A stretch of 64,000 bases of DNA from Octopus bimaculoides (lineage: Eukaryota). The notes beneath the pieces were generated by a model that saw only the letters and a program-made list of their open reading frames with translations, was not told where the DNA came from and ran no database searches. The position numbers and the translations under genes are program-made. The stretch spans positions 123,358,218 through 123,422,217 of the forward strand of contig NC_068983.1 of NCBI RefSeq assembly GCF_001194135.2, given 5' to 3'. Below, piece by piece: positions 51,401 through 58,850 of the stretch (position 1 is the first letter of the stretch; each line of letters begins with the position of its first letter).

Positions 51401-54400
51401 CGCCAAATTCTGGAAACAATTCTGCAGAGAATTATATATTATATTATTTTTTTCTAGATTTAAATTTTGAATCAATATAATTGGAATTTTCTACATCGTT
51501 ATTATTAGATGGTCACCCCAACTTTTCTAAAATTCTCCACAGTGCATTTCTATTCACCATACAAACAGTTTTTGCTAAATCAACAAAGGCCTATTTGAAC
51601 TTAAAGAGTGCTTTGTTGGAACTGATTCCAATGGAGAATGGCATTAAATAGTGTAACACATAACTATTCTCCAAATATAGTTGTAATTGTTCATTTAAGC
51701 ATGAATATATATAAAACCATCTATGTACTATCCTAAATATAAATACATAGTAGGAAGGCAAATTTACAGCAATATTCATCCAGAGATAACACCAGTGTCT
51801 AAAAACAATGTATATTGAAGGCCATTTCAGCAGCAGCCAGTTAGAATGGCAGATACATTTCGGCCTCATTGGTCCTTGTAAATGCTGTGTGCTCAGCCAA
51901 ATGCATTCCTGTTTTTATATTCAGTTATAATAAAGTGTTACTCAATGCTTTTGTAGAGTACAAATCTATCATTCCTTAAGAATAGTATTGATAATGACTT
52001 TGAAATTTCATCCAGCTAAGCCATTATCGGACTGTCTGATGTTGTCTTAGTTGGCCAAAACTTCAAAGTCACTGTCAATACTATTCTAATTAAAGAGTAA
52101 TATATACATATACGTACATACATATACATACAAGCATGCATATATCTATATATATATATATGCATGCATATACATACATACGTGCATATACATACATACA
52201 TGCATGCATACACATACATGCATGCATATACATATATGCATGCATATACATATATGCATGCATATATATACATCCATACATACACATATTTGTTGTGTTG
52301 TTGTTGGCACTCCGTCGCTTACGACGTTGAGGGTTCCAGTTGATCCGATCAGCGGAACAGCCTGCTTGTGGAATTAACGTGCAAGTGGTTGAGCACTCCA
52401 CAGACACGTGTACCCATAACGTAGTACAGCGGGGTTCGCCACCATCCCCTGCTGGAGCCTCGTGGAGCTTTTAGGTGTTTTTGCTCAATAAACACTCACA
52501 ACGCCCGGTCTGGGAATCAAAACCGCGATCCTATGACCACAAGTCCGCTGCCCTAACCCCTGGGCCATTGTGCCTCCACACATGCATACACATATATGCA
52601 TGCACATACATGCATACACATACATATACATACATGCATATATATACATACATACACATACATACATATACATGCATATAAATACATGTTGGGCTTTCAG
52701 CCTCCATATACCAAATCCACACACACGGCTTGGTCAGCTCAGGGCTATTGTTGAAGACTCTTGCACAAGGTACACACAGTGATAATGAGTCCAAAATCAC
52801 ACAGCCATGACTGCATCTGTATATATTTATATGAGGTGTGTATGGACAAAAGACTGAGACATCTGGTACTTTGCTATGCTCAAGAAGGCCCGTTCATCAC
52901 AGTAGAATTGATACGAGTGCTGGTATCACATAAAAAACACTGGTGCTGGTGTCACATAAAAGGTAACCAGTACATTCTGTGAAGTGGTTAGCATTAGGAA
53001 GGGCATACAACAGTAGAAACTATGCCAGAACTGACAATGGAGCCTGGTGCAACCCCTGGACTTACCAGATCCAGTTAAACCATGGAAAATGGACGTTAAA
53101 TGATGATGATGATGTGTGTGTGTGTGTGTACACACACACACACGTGAATATACAGATATACATAGATATGTTACAGCTTCTTAATGACTATCCTTATGTC
53201 AGGGAGAATTTTTCCAAGATCTTCTGTAACACTGCATATGGCCAGTCAGTATGGCCCTTTATCATCCCCTCCCTAAGATGTAACATCTTCAGGTCAGCAT
53301 TTATCAATTTTTCCTATGTCTTTCTTGATCACCCTCTTCAACAGGTTTCACTAACTTGGAGCACACAGCACTTCTTTATTCACCAATCATTTGCTGTACC
53401 TCTCACATGATCATACCAGGACAGTCCTTTTCTCTTGCATGCTATACTTGATTCCTCTTATGCCTGGTCTTTTCTCTCAGTTCATATGTACTCAGCACAC
53501 TAACATTACTCATCCATTGAAGCATGCTTCATTTGTTTCTTGCCTTTTAAAATCTTCTACATTCAAGGTTCAGGTTTCACAACTATGCAGCATCATAGTT
53601 CAAATACAAGATTCATACATTCTGCCTTTGCTTGTGCAATAAGTGGCTGCATTAGGCTTTCAAAAGTGGGGCCTGTCATCCATGCAAGATTGCATATTGG
53701 GGGATCAGCATGTATTGCTTATATGCATAGTGCCAATGGAGCACTGTCCAAACATAGGCTTATCTACTGCTTGAGTGAAAATCCATTTTGGACGAACACA
53801 CAGAGGCAGAGCTGACGGTGGTGTGATTCTTGGCCAAATTATGTGATACATTTGTCAGAATATTTAAAACAAAATTGAGATTAAGCAGCCATATTGGGGC
53901 CCATGGTAAAAATGCTATACAAAAATAGCAAATTTAACTATTTCTCAGTAGACTGAAAAATTGAAGAATAGCCTTAACCGATTGTCAAACCTTATTGTGT
54001 TTTTATCAGAGGTTCCTACATCATTTGACCAATTCCAACAAAGAAGAAGCCATTTTGTTCATATTCAAGAAATCCAGTAGATGTAGAGAACCAGACGACT
54101 AATTTGCATATCATTAGTGTTTAAAACTTAATTTAATATCAGCAGCCTGTCGACGGGGATATGTGTGTGCGTGCGTGTATGTATGTACGTACATATTAAT
54201 ATATCATGTCTGTGTGTAATTTATAATATTTACACAGCGAGCCTCTTCTAGCAAAATACGATTTGAAAATTTTGTGCTAATGCTTTAATGAAAATGGTCT
54301 GGCAAACATAGACTTGTTTATTATGGTGGAGTTGAATAATGAGAACGAGGAGAAATAGGAATAATACCAACTTCTGGCCAGTTCTAATGCAGAACAAAAC

Positions 54401-55170
54401 AAACTGAAGAACAAAATTCAGCAACAGTAACTGTCTAGGCGAAGATAAGAAAATCATTATCTTCATTAGAAACTATAAATATAATGGCCTTGAGAATAAG
54501 CAGCAGTAAAGTCTACTTGATCCTACTTAGCAACACGTAAAGCTTAGAGTCGTCCTAGCAAGGTATGATGCTGAACGTATCATATAACAAAGTATAGAGT
54601 TACTTCCCTTGTCATTCATAATCTCGGTCTCACACCTAACTACCACCACGTTGTGCAGAGTATTCATACAAATAACATTACTAGTTATCTAATCTTATAC
54701 AAAACAGGGAAATCTTTTTTTTTTATACTTGTCAGACTTTATATACTAAGCTAAAGAACATTATCATATCTGATCAAAGCTTACGTAGTCATATGTAACA
54801 ACATTCAAACACATTAGAAAGAAATACTAAAATACGCTGTTTAAAACAAAGTTACAAAAAATTACTAGCAAAAACACTTTTACTGCTGAACGTGTAAGAT
54901 AAAAGAATGTATTTAAGAAAATGACTAGTCACGATTTAATAATACCACATTGTGCACACGTTTATACCCTCTTCCACTCTCAGCTATATATAAACTCACC
55001 TTTGACTGAGAAGATACATTCTTGGAATCTCTCGTTTTGCAGTCAGCATCTTGGTTTTCTCTATTTTTCGTTGCATGTTTTGCATCGAAAAACCTGGAGA
55101 TTGTTATCTGCTTTCCATTTGTCCCTTTCTGCTTAGATTTCAACTTTTTACTTAATGCCGGTTGTGGCAT
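4571..55170 (-). CDS. MSH3: DNA mismatch repair protein MSH3, whole spliced gene span (21 coding exons, 3255 nt, 1084 aa)
   Basis: Manually joined exons give one open frame with GT-AG introns and matching phases. Motifs: QITISRFF (PIP/MIP), [20 protein letters not shown] (MSH3-type, not the MSH6 FYE), [25 protein letters not shown] (Walker A), [14 protein letters not shown] (Walker B), FVTHY, SYGLNVA. Confidence 0.97.
6395..6560 (-). CDS. MSH3: MSH3 exon 20 (...[27 protein letters not shown]...)
   Basis: ttttggtag|AA, AG|GTATGT, 166 nt; C-terminal helix-turn-helix. Confidence 0.94.
7129..7255 (-). CDS. MSH3: MSH3 exon 19 ([11 protein letters not shown]...NYHMSFLV...)
   Basis: ttgttag|GTA, G|GTCAGT, 127 nt. 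Confidence 0.96.
7550..8560 (+). mobile_element. RTE-clade LINE 3' fragment
   Basis: [12 protein letters not shown], Cys-rich insert, [48 protein letters not shown]; several stops. Confidence 0.9.
8650..8836 (-). CDS. MSH3: MSH3 exon 18, Walker B ([18 protein letters not shown]...[14 protein letters not shown]...)
   Basis: attag|G, GAT|GTAAGA, 187 nt. Confidence 0.98.
9597..9753 (+). mobile_element. RTE-derived 3'-end element with (GAT)n tail
   Basis: Same consensus; a 52-bp inverted fragment lies at 9409-9460. Confidence 0.85.
9754..10050 (+). mobile_element. Penelope-like pseudo-LTR / retrozyme-like repeat (about 210 bp period)
   Basis: Partial direct repeat 9754-9836 vs 9965-10048 with the hammerhead-like fold between; bordered by (TA)n and a gap. 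Confidence 0.55.
9922..9958 (+). ncRNA. Variant minimal hammerhead-like motif
   Basis: TCTTT-CTGTTGA-A-GAGC/gta/GCTC-GAAA-CG-TC^AAAGA. Helices I and II are complementary and ACGT is palindromic, but core A6 is replaced by U. Confidence 0.5.
10690..10847 (-). CDS. MSH3: MSH3 exon 17, Walker A ([18 protein letters not shown]...)
   Basis: ttttcag|GCT, CG|GTAAGT, 158 nt. Confidence 0.98.
11817..11895. repeat. (TG)n microsatellite
   Basis: Uninterrupted TG run. Confidence 0.95.
12142..12256 (-). CDS. MSH3: MSH3 exon 16 ([38 protein letters not shown])
   Basis: tttttag|G, AAT|GTATGA, 115 nt; start of the ATPase domain. Confidence 0.94.
13709..13816 (-). CDS. MSH3: MSH3 exon 15 ([35 protein letters not shown])
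   Basis: aattag|T, AG|GTAAGT, 108 nt. Confidence 0.96.
14110..15020 (+). mobile_element. Gypsy/Ty3 pol (RT) remnant
   Basis: [87 protein letters not shown]. Confidence 0.9.
15667..15850. repeat. (AG)n microsatellite spanning a gap
   Basis: AG run with N at 15719-15772, about 50 nt from the exon 14 donor. Confidence 0.95.
15902..16018 (-). CDS. MSH3: MSH3 exon 14 ([15 protein letters not shown]...WIEFL)
   Basis: cttgttccag|T, AA|GTAAGT, 117 nt. Confidence 0.96.
16185..16582 (-). mobile_element. tRNA-derived SINE family B (CORE-like box, internal (TG)n)
   Basis: tRNA-like head ggagtagctgtgtggtaag..gggttcagtccc, ccttgggcaagtgtc box, 3' gactgaaacaagtaaaag. Other copies at 29487-29870 (+), 46650-47040 (-), 61655-62110 (-), 63438-63905 (+); partials at 18660-18850 and 26530-26700. 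Confidence 0.8.
16932..16996 (-). CDS. MSH3: MSH3 exon 13 ([21 protein letters not shown])
   Basis: ttcttttag|TTC, AG|GTAGGC, 65 nt; clamp-domain match. Confidence 0.94.
17414..18495 (+). mobile_element. Internally deleted hAT (Charlie/Buster-type) DNA transposon
   Basis: TIRs CAGTGGTTCTTAACCT / AGGTTAAAAACCACTG (15/16), perfect 8-bp TSD TTCTAGAC (17406-17413, 18496-18503), transposase C-terminus (LAYLVDIF..YFP..NPF..FW..YP..TYLC..FS). Confidence 0.93.
19253..19421 (-). CDS. MSH3: MSH3 exon 12 ([17 protein letters not shown]...YITVSGTE)
   Basis: ttctttcag|G, GAG|GTTAGT, 169 nt. Confidence 0.95.
19700..20935 (+). mobile_element. Decayed mariner transposase interrupted by an RTE 3' end
   Basis: [10 protein letters not shown] (about 19810-19840) and [30 protein letters not shown] (20550-20830). 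Confidence 0.75.
19930..20549 (+). mobile_element. RTE 3' UTR with hairpin repeats and (GAT)n tail
   Basis: Begins with the RTE ORF end (gagaagacccggcaagccaagtga, cf. 8470-8495), which links this repeat family to the RTE LINE. Confidence 0.85.
20991..21178 (-). CDS. MSH3: MSH3 exon 11 ([10 protein letters not shown]...[15 protein letters not shown]...QHAK)
   Basis: ctattccag|TGC, AA|GTAAGT, 188 nt. Confidence 0.95.
21240..21462. mobile_element. Tigger/pogo-type MITE
   Basis: TIRs CAGTAATCCCTC / GAGGGATTATTG with TA on the right flank. Confidence 0.7.
24130..24340 (+). mobile_element. tRNA-derived SINE family C
   Basis: gagttggcagaattg..ctgagttcaaattcc.ctgaggttgactttgc.tttcatccttt..ggccttgtgc. 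Other copies at 13850-14065 (-), 15360-15585 (+), 19485-19690 (+), 39650-39750 (-), 44470-44690 (-), 44960-45420 (-, split by a MITE). Confidence 0.75.
24564..24696 (-). CDS. MSH3: MSH3 exon 10 ([12 protein letters not shown]...[13 protein letters not shown])
   Basis: tttctag|G, AAG|GTAACC, 133 nt. Confidence 0.96.
25920..26498 (+). mobile_element. RTE 3' UTR element
   Basis: Repeated tgccggtggca..aaaaagcacc units and (GAT)n tail. Confidence 0.85.
26972..27166 (-). CDS. MSH3: MSH3 exon 9 ([25 protein letters not shown]...[30 protein letters not shown])
   Basis: tttttccag|T, AG|GTAAAT, 195 nt; lever-domain match. Confidence 0.96.
27190..28250 (-). mobile_element. Decayed Tigger/pogo (CENP-B-like HTH plus DDE) transposase
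   Basis: [14 protein letters not shown]; [48 protein letters not shown]. Confidence 0.8.
28330..29030 (-). mobile_element. Decayed hAT-superfamily (hATm-like) transposase
   Basis: [41 protein letters not shown] (D..N.G and CxxH motifs). Confidence 0.6.
29060..29486 (+). mobile_element. RTE 3' UTR element
   Basis: Same consensus and tail. Confidence 0.8.
29487..29870 (+). mobile_element. SINE family B copy
   Basis: Full head, core and tail; abuts a (GAT)n tail. Confidence 0.8.
30025..30142 (-). CDS. MSH3: MSH3 exon 8 ([39 protein letters not shown])
   Basis: ttttattaaaag|GT (phase 1), AG|GTGAGT, 118 nt. The acceptor is weak but the frame fits. Confidence 0.88.
30780..31130 (-). mobile_element. 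Decayed non-LTR RT fragment (RTE-like)
   Basis: [30 protein letters not shown]. Confidence 0.5.
31374..31483 (-). CDS. MSH3: MSH3 exon 7 ([36 protein letters not shown])
   Basis: tttttag|C (phase 2), G|GTGAGT, 110 nt. Confidence 0.93.
31589..32032. mobile_element. Two family-2 MITE copies in inverted orientation (31589-31817 and about 31836-32032)
   Basis: The first starts TTAACCCTTTAGCATT; the second is a decayed reverse-complement copy. Confidence 0.7.
32459..32625 (-). CDS. MSH3: MSH3 exon 6 ([16 protein letters not shown]...[16 protein letters not shown]...)
   Basis: tttag|GCT, AG|GTATTT, 167 nt; connector-domain match. Confidence 0.96.
32885..33035 (+). mobile_element. Short RTE 3'-end element
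   Basis: Same consensus; starts right after an older (GAT)n tail. Confidence 0.8.
35418..35551 (-). CDS. MSH3: MSH3 exon 5 (DVAPLND...YLMSIFE...SIGFV)
   Basis: ttgtag|AT (phase 1), GTG|GTAAGT, 134 nt. Confidence 0.9.
35600..36965 (+). mobile_element. R4/Dong-like non-LTR retrotransposon fragment
   Basis: [70 protein letters not shown]; upstream basic helical region [14 protein letters not shown]. Confidence 0.75.
37218..37335 (-). CDS. MSH3: MSH3 exon 4 ([39 protein letters not shown])
   Basis: cttag|GTT, AAG|GTATGT, 118 nt; near-identical to the vertebrate motif. Confidence 0.97.
39372..39488 (-). CDS. MSH3: MSH3 exon 3 ([39 protein letters not shown])
   Basis: ttttcag|ATT, AAG|GTGAGT, 117 nt; strong match to MSH3 domain I. 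Confidence 0.97.
39755..40130 (-). mobile_element. tRNA-derived SINE family D
   Basis: Minus head ggcccagtggttagggcagcagactcgcggtc..ggttttgattccc (A/B boxes). Relatives at 52305-52580 (-, internally deleted), 38000-38315 (+), 60350-60670 (+), 37740-37990 (-). Confidence 0.75.
42200..43190 (+). mobile_element. RTE-clade LINE fragment (RT N-terminal part)
   Basis: [56 protein letters not shown]; internal triplication of aacagaattagactagat at about 42880-42965. Confidence 0.9.
43282..43785 (-). CDS. MSH3: MSH3 exon 2 ([13 protein letters not shown]...[14 protein letters not shown])
   Basis: Acceptor ttttcag|TCT, 504 nt open frame, donor CAG|GTAAAT. Includes a KKRK NLS-like stretch and the start of the mismatch-binding domain. 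Confidence 0.92.
43862..44079. mobile_element. piggyBac-type MITE family 1, copy A
   Basis: TTAA|CCCTTTCGTTAC ... GTAACGAAAGGG|TTAA, perfect inverted termini. Confidence 0.88.
44092..44305. mobile_element. piggyBac-type MITE family 2
   Basis: TTAACACTTTAGCAT ... ATGCTGAAGGGTTAA; homologous to 31589-31817, with a partial copy near 18935-19010. Confidence 0.75.
45005..45232. mobile_element. piggyBac-type MITE family 1, copy B, inserted into a SINE
   Basis: Same termini and body as 43862-44079; the SINE sequence resumes on both sides of the TTAA. Confidence 0.88.
46030..46360 (-). mobile_element. RTE 3' UTR element
   Basis: Reverse complement of the consensus with an (ATC)n tract. Confidence 0.85.
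46650..47040 (-). mobile_element. SINE family B copy
   Basis: Reverse complement of the family B consensus. Confidence 0.75.
48230..49380 (-). mobile_element. Old CR1/L2-like LINE 3' remnant
   Basis: Degenerate C-terminal motif (..[23 protein letters not shown]). Heavily decayed; family assignment tentative. Confidence 0.35.
52105..52690. repeat. Degenerate (ATGC/ATAC/TA) satellite blocks flanking a SINE
   Basis: catatatgcatgca-type units at 52105-52290 and 52580-52690. Confidence 0.85.
52305..52580 (-). mobile_element. SINE family D copy with internal deletion
   Basis: Matches 39755-40130 at both ends. Confidence 0.7.
52905..53113 (+). mobile_element. Diverged RTE 3'-end element
   Basis: gtggttagcattaggaagggcatacaacagtagaaac ... 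ggacgttaaatgatgatgat. Confidence 0.7.
53200..53700 (-). mobile_element. Decayed RTE LINE C-terminal fragment
   Basis: Minus strand [33 protein letters not shown], parallel to the copy at 7550-8560. Confidence 0.6.
55000..55170 (-). CDS. MSH3: MSH3 exon 1 (MPQPALSKK...QITISRFF...SQSK)
   Basis: ATG at 55170; PIP/MIP box at residues 21-28; donor AAG|GTGAGT, phase 0. Confidence 0.85.
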
Positions 55171-55238
55171 TGTTTATCACCTTGTAATAATACGCCGATG
55201 TTATCTTTCTAACTCCTATTCAGAAGTTACATGGTTAG

Positions 55239-55280
55239 CGCCATTTCTCATGGTAAGTATGCCGGGAAAATCAACTTCCG
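55239..55280 (-). promoter_or_regulatory. MSH3 proximal promoter candidate (ETS-like CGGAAGT at 55274-55280, YY1-like AAATGGCG at 55239-55246)
   Basis: Housekeeping-type motifs 70-110 nt upstream of the ATG in a locally CpG-containing stretch. No transcript data available. Confidence 0.45.
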
Positions 55281-55520
55281 TTTAATAAAGAGTAGCTTTA
55301 TTCTGCACCCCTTAAACTCGATAAATCATTGACTAATATAAACAGATTCAGAGTCAAATATAATTTGTAAATGAATATTTATTTACGAAACTTAACATTT
55401 GGAATTATTGTGGTAGAGCTAGAATCAAGTTCCCGGTGAGTTGAGTTAGCAGCCGATTTCAATTCCTGGACGAAGCTCTATTCATTTTATTTTCCTTTTT
55501 AATTCAGCTTTTTTTCTTTT

Positions 55521-55554
<34 letters not shown>

Positions 55555-55689
55555 GCGAGAAGACATCCCGCAGATTGAATTTAATAATTACTTATATAAC
55601 ACGTATGTATTTAATACATATACAATACAAAACCCACATTAAAATACAAATACAAACATGAGTGAAGAAAATAGAAAGAAAAGCATCAA

Positions 55690-57400
55690 TTCAACGCTAA
55701 TTGCTTCAATTGGTGGCACACCACAATGTCCAATGGAACCTCCACTTACCTTCTGGTCTCTTCCCGTCACTTCTGGATAATCCCACTAACTCCAGAAATG
55801 CGCAGGTATTAACCCGTGTCAAGGCCCGCTTAATGAATAAGTTTAGCTCAGAGTGAAGAGCGAAACAATCAGCAAACCACGAAGGCCTGTGGAGTCGAGG
55901 AGCCCATTACAGTAACATCTCAGTTTCCCCCACAGACGTCTGCTCCTTCTCTGAGTGCAATGGAGATGCAGAGCTCATCCATGTAGACCACCAATGTTGA
56001 CCACAGGTAGGGCATCAACTCAGTCCTCCGAGAATTTCGCATTTGCAGAAAGTAGGCGACACCTTGAAAGTTGATCAGATTGATGAAAGGGAGAGTTGAA
56101 CGTAGCACCTAAGCACAGATTGTCCCATACTCTCTGCTTCTGTCTATCCTCAGCTGTATCAGGAATTGACAAACCCAGAGCTTTATCCATGTCCCAGTTG
56201 AAAAGGAGAGGATATTGCCTACCAAAGGGGAGCAAACGTGGATGGAGGAAAGAAAACAGGGAAGAGACAGAGACAGGCACTTGCGCAAACATAGACCGCC
56301 CCCTCCACCAAAGACCGTTCGGACAAAGCAGCCTGGTCGCGGGAATCTGTAAAGTCTGATATTGACTAAGCATTTGAATTTCCTGAAGATTAGGTCGTCA
56401 AAACATTAGAGAGACGACAAGAATTTATAAGACGAACTAACTCTGAGAAAATATAAAAATTTCGGAATCGACAAATAATTTGTAAGTATAAAAGAAAAAA
56501 CTTTGTGGGGTTCTATTGCTTCAAGGTGTTTTAGTAGTTGCTCAAGGCTGGCCATCTTGGATCGAAGGTTAGCCATCTTGGACACGAAAGCTAGGTCAGT
56601 AGTTGGAGCTCCAAGAGAGTACCACACTGATGAGAGGAACTGCGATAGAGAGTACAGAATTGCAAACAGGTTTACAGTCTGCTGATATGAAGCAGGATGG
56701 CTGAGGTGCCAGAGCTCGCATTTGGGATTGCTGACGTTAAGGCCGCTACGACCAAGTTCCTCAATCATCGTCCTCGGAGTTACAAGGATCTTATCAGAAG
56801 GGCCTTTCCACCCAAGATACCAGACATTCGTCAAGATACCAGACATTCAAGTCCAAGTCAGCCTCCATCTTGGTAACGTCGTCAATACCCAGTACAAATA
56901 GAGCCGGGTCAGAGCGGGCCACATTATTGGACTCCAGAGGCAGATGGGATTAGATGGTCACCAAAGGAAAGGTAAGAGGGCTCCAGATAAGTTTGCCGAG
57001 CAAAGTGGTAGAGCCGTGAGACATTCTCTCTTACTGTACGGGTGGAATTAAAGGCATTCCTGAAATCTAGTTTGAGGACGACCTTTGGGGTCTCTGGAAG
57101 CAACTTGATAAATGCTCTAGTGGCGTGAGCAGCAGCTTCACAACTTAGCTTGGTATAATCCCTAGCTGAATTTGTTATGGCAACCGAACTTATAGATATC
57201 CAACGGACTCTCTTTTGGATTCACGATAGACTTAATCTGTTTAGTTTAGCACCCTCACCTAACCCTGGGTGCATTGAATGGTGTCCACTTTATTGCAATC
57301 GTTCGGGTCAGATCTCTGGCTTTGAGATGCATCCCAACCTCCCTCCCATCAATCTCGGAAACCGAGTGAATGGTTTTAGCTCCCTTTTAGCTGAACAATA
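55690..57400 (-). mobile_element. Decayed CRE-clade non-LTR retrotransposon (RT plus restriction-like endonuclease)
   Basis: Frameshifted translation: CEAAAHATRAFI..KVVLKLDFRNAFNS..SYLSFGDHLIPSASGVQ..NVWYLD..GLNVSNPKCEL..LGAP..; C-terminal LHSELNLFIKRAL..LELVGLSRSDGKRPEG. Confidence 0.8.
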
Positions 57401-57899
57401 AAAAAATTATCAAACGTACACTACAAAATAATTTATTCTGGATATCTTACTGTTATATAAACAGCAACAGTAAAAAGACATGCGTGGTTTGAACTACATC
57501 CGGTGGCATAGAACATACCAAAAATGATTTTTTATTTTGTAGTTTAGAAATACTTTCTTACATATAGAATCATTTTATATACTGAGTTTGCTTGGCAAGG
57601 ACTTTGTCATGAAAACTTTGGTGTTGCACGGAGTAGGCGGAGTTGTGGAGTGTGGTAAAATATGCGTGACTAGAGTAGGAGAGGCGAGTAAGTCAAAAGT
57701 ACATAAATGGTAGTGGCATGAGACAAAGCAGTTCTGAGATGCAGAGTCCACCGTAGTAGTATTGGTAAAAAAAAAGTAGAAAAGTGTGTAGGGAAGTGGT
57801 TATACACCATTAGGTGTACACCGCTTCCGTACATTAAATTTCTAGAAGAAACAACGGAACGCAGATTCTGAACAACATAACAATATTTATTTACAGTGG

Positions 57900-58850
57900 A
57901 ATTCAGTTCACGCTTGGAGGGAATTCGGTAGCTCGTCGCCCTCGGTTACTGAGACGCCTCCTGAATGATTTCCGTGGTTATTTGTGAAGCTCTGGTGCTG
58001 ACATGTGAGAGAGCTCTGTTGGACGTCTTGGCTCGACGGAGATGAGTCAACGAAGAGACTGAGAAAAGGCGCCAAAGCTGGGTGTCGAACTCTACGCATG
58101 CGCATGAGACTCTTCCTGTATTCTTTCCGAAACTAGTCCCTGCGCATGCGTGGATAAAACTCCGGACATTGAACATATAACAGTCGTCTGCTATAAGTTG
58201 TCACTACAAGTGGAAGATGAAATATTATGGGATCAAGGATCGGAGTGTGTCGGCGAGCGATTTAGTAACAGCGCCATATCAGATATGAGAGCAGTATTCA
58301 TTATTGACGAGCCAGACACGGTTTTGTATCTGAAAGCGAGAAATCAATGAATGAGAGGCATAGAAAAATAGGTCTTCAACAGACTTGGCTTTAGAATGAG
58401 GATATGAGAGAGATTCGATGTTTGAGAAAGTTGTTGCTAATGGCTGTTTCCATTATTTGCTTTTTTTAAAAATAAGACATGCTGTAATGTGTTTCCAAAC
58501 AAAGGGTAAAATCTCTCTCTCTCTCTCTAGAGAGAGAGAGAGAAAGAGTAAAGTTTAGTGAGGATAGGAGATAGCTCGGGAGCGCATTGATTAAGAGTAA
58601 TGGAAGAGACATTACCGGGGCCGATGACCTTGTTGGCTTGAAGCGACCGGATTGCTTTTGAACTAGGCATGTATGTGTACATGGTAGTGAGCCTAGTGAA
58701 ATATGAAGCGATTGGCTAGATGCAAAGTGGGTGGCTAATGTGAAGAGCCAATCGTAGCTGAGAAATGGAGGGAAGGAGGCTCCGGCAAAATTAATAAAAA
58801 AATCATTTGGGTAAGAAACCAAAATGTTACTCGTAACTTGATATTGGGAA
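57900..58850. promoter_or_regulatory. CpG-rich promoter-like island with two NRF1-like sites and CCAAT boxes
   Basis: TGCGCATGCGT at 58141-58151 (+) and 58094-58104 (-); Inr-like TCAGTC at 58057-58062 (-); ATTGG 58711, CCAAT 58748, ATTGG 58843. Confidence 0.4.

Noticed and set aside
55249-55260. Minus-strand ATACTTACC resembling the U1 snRNA 5' end
   Set aside because: Only 9 nt match. It is simply the reverse complement of a consensus donor, with no U1 stem-loops or Sm site.
55394-55479. 7-bp inverted repeat TAGAGCT/AGCTCTA enclosing a TTCAATTCC B-box-like motif
   Set aside because: Does not fold as a tRNA, and a 7-bp match is expected by chance.
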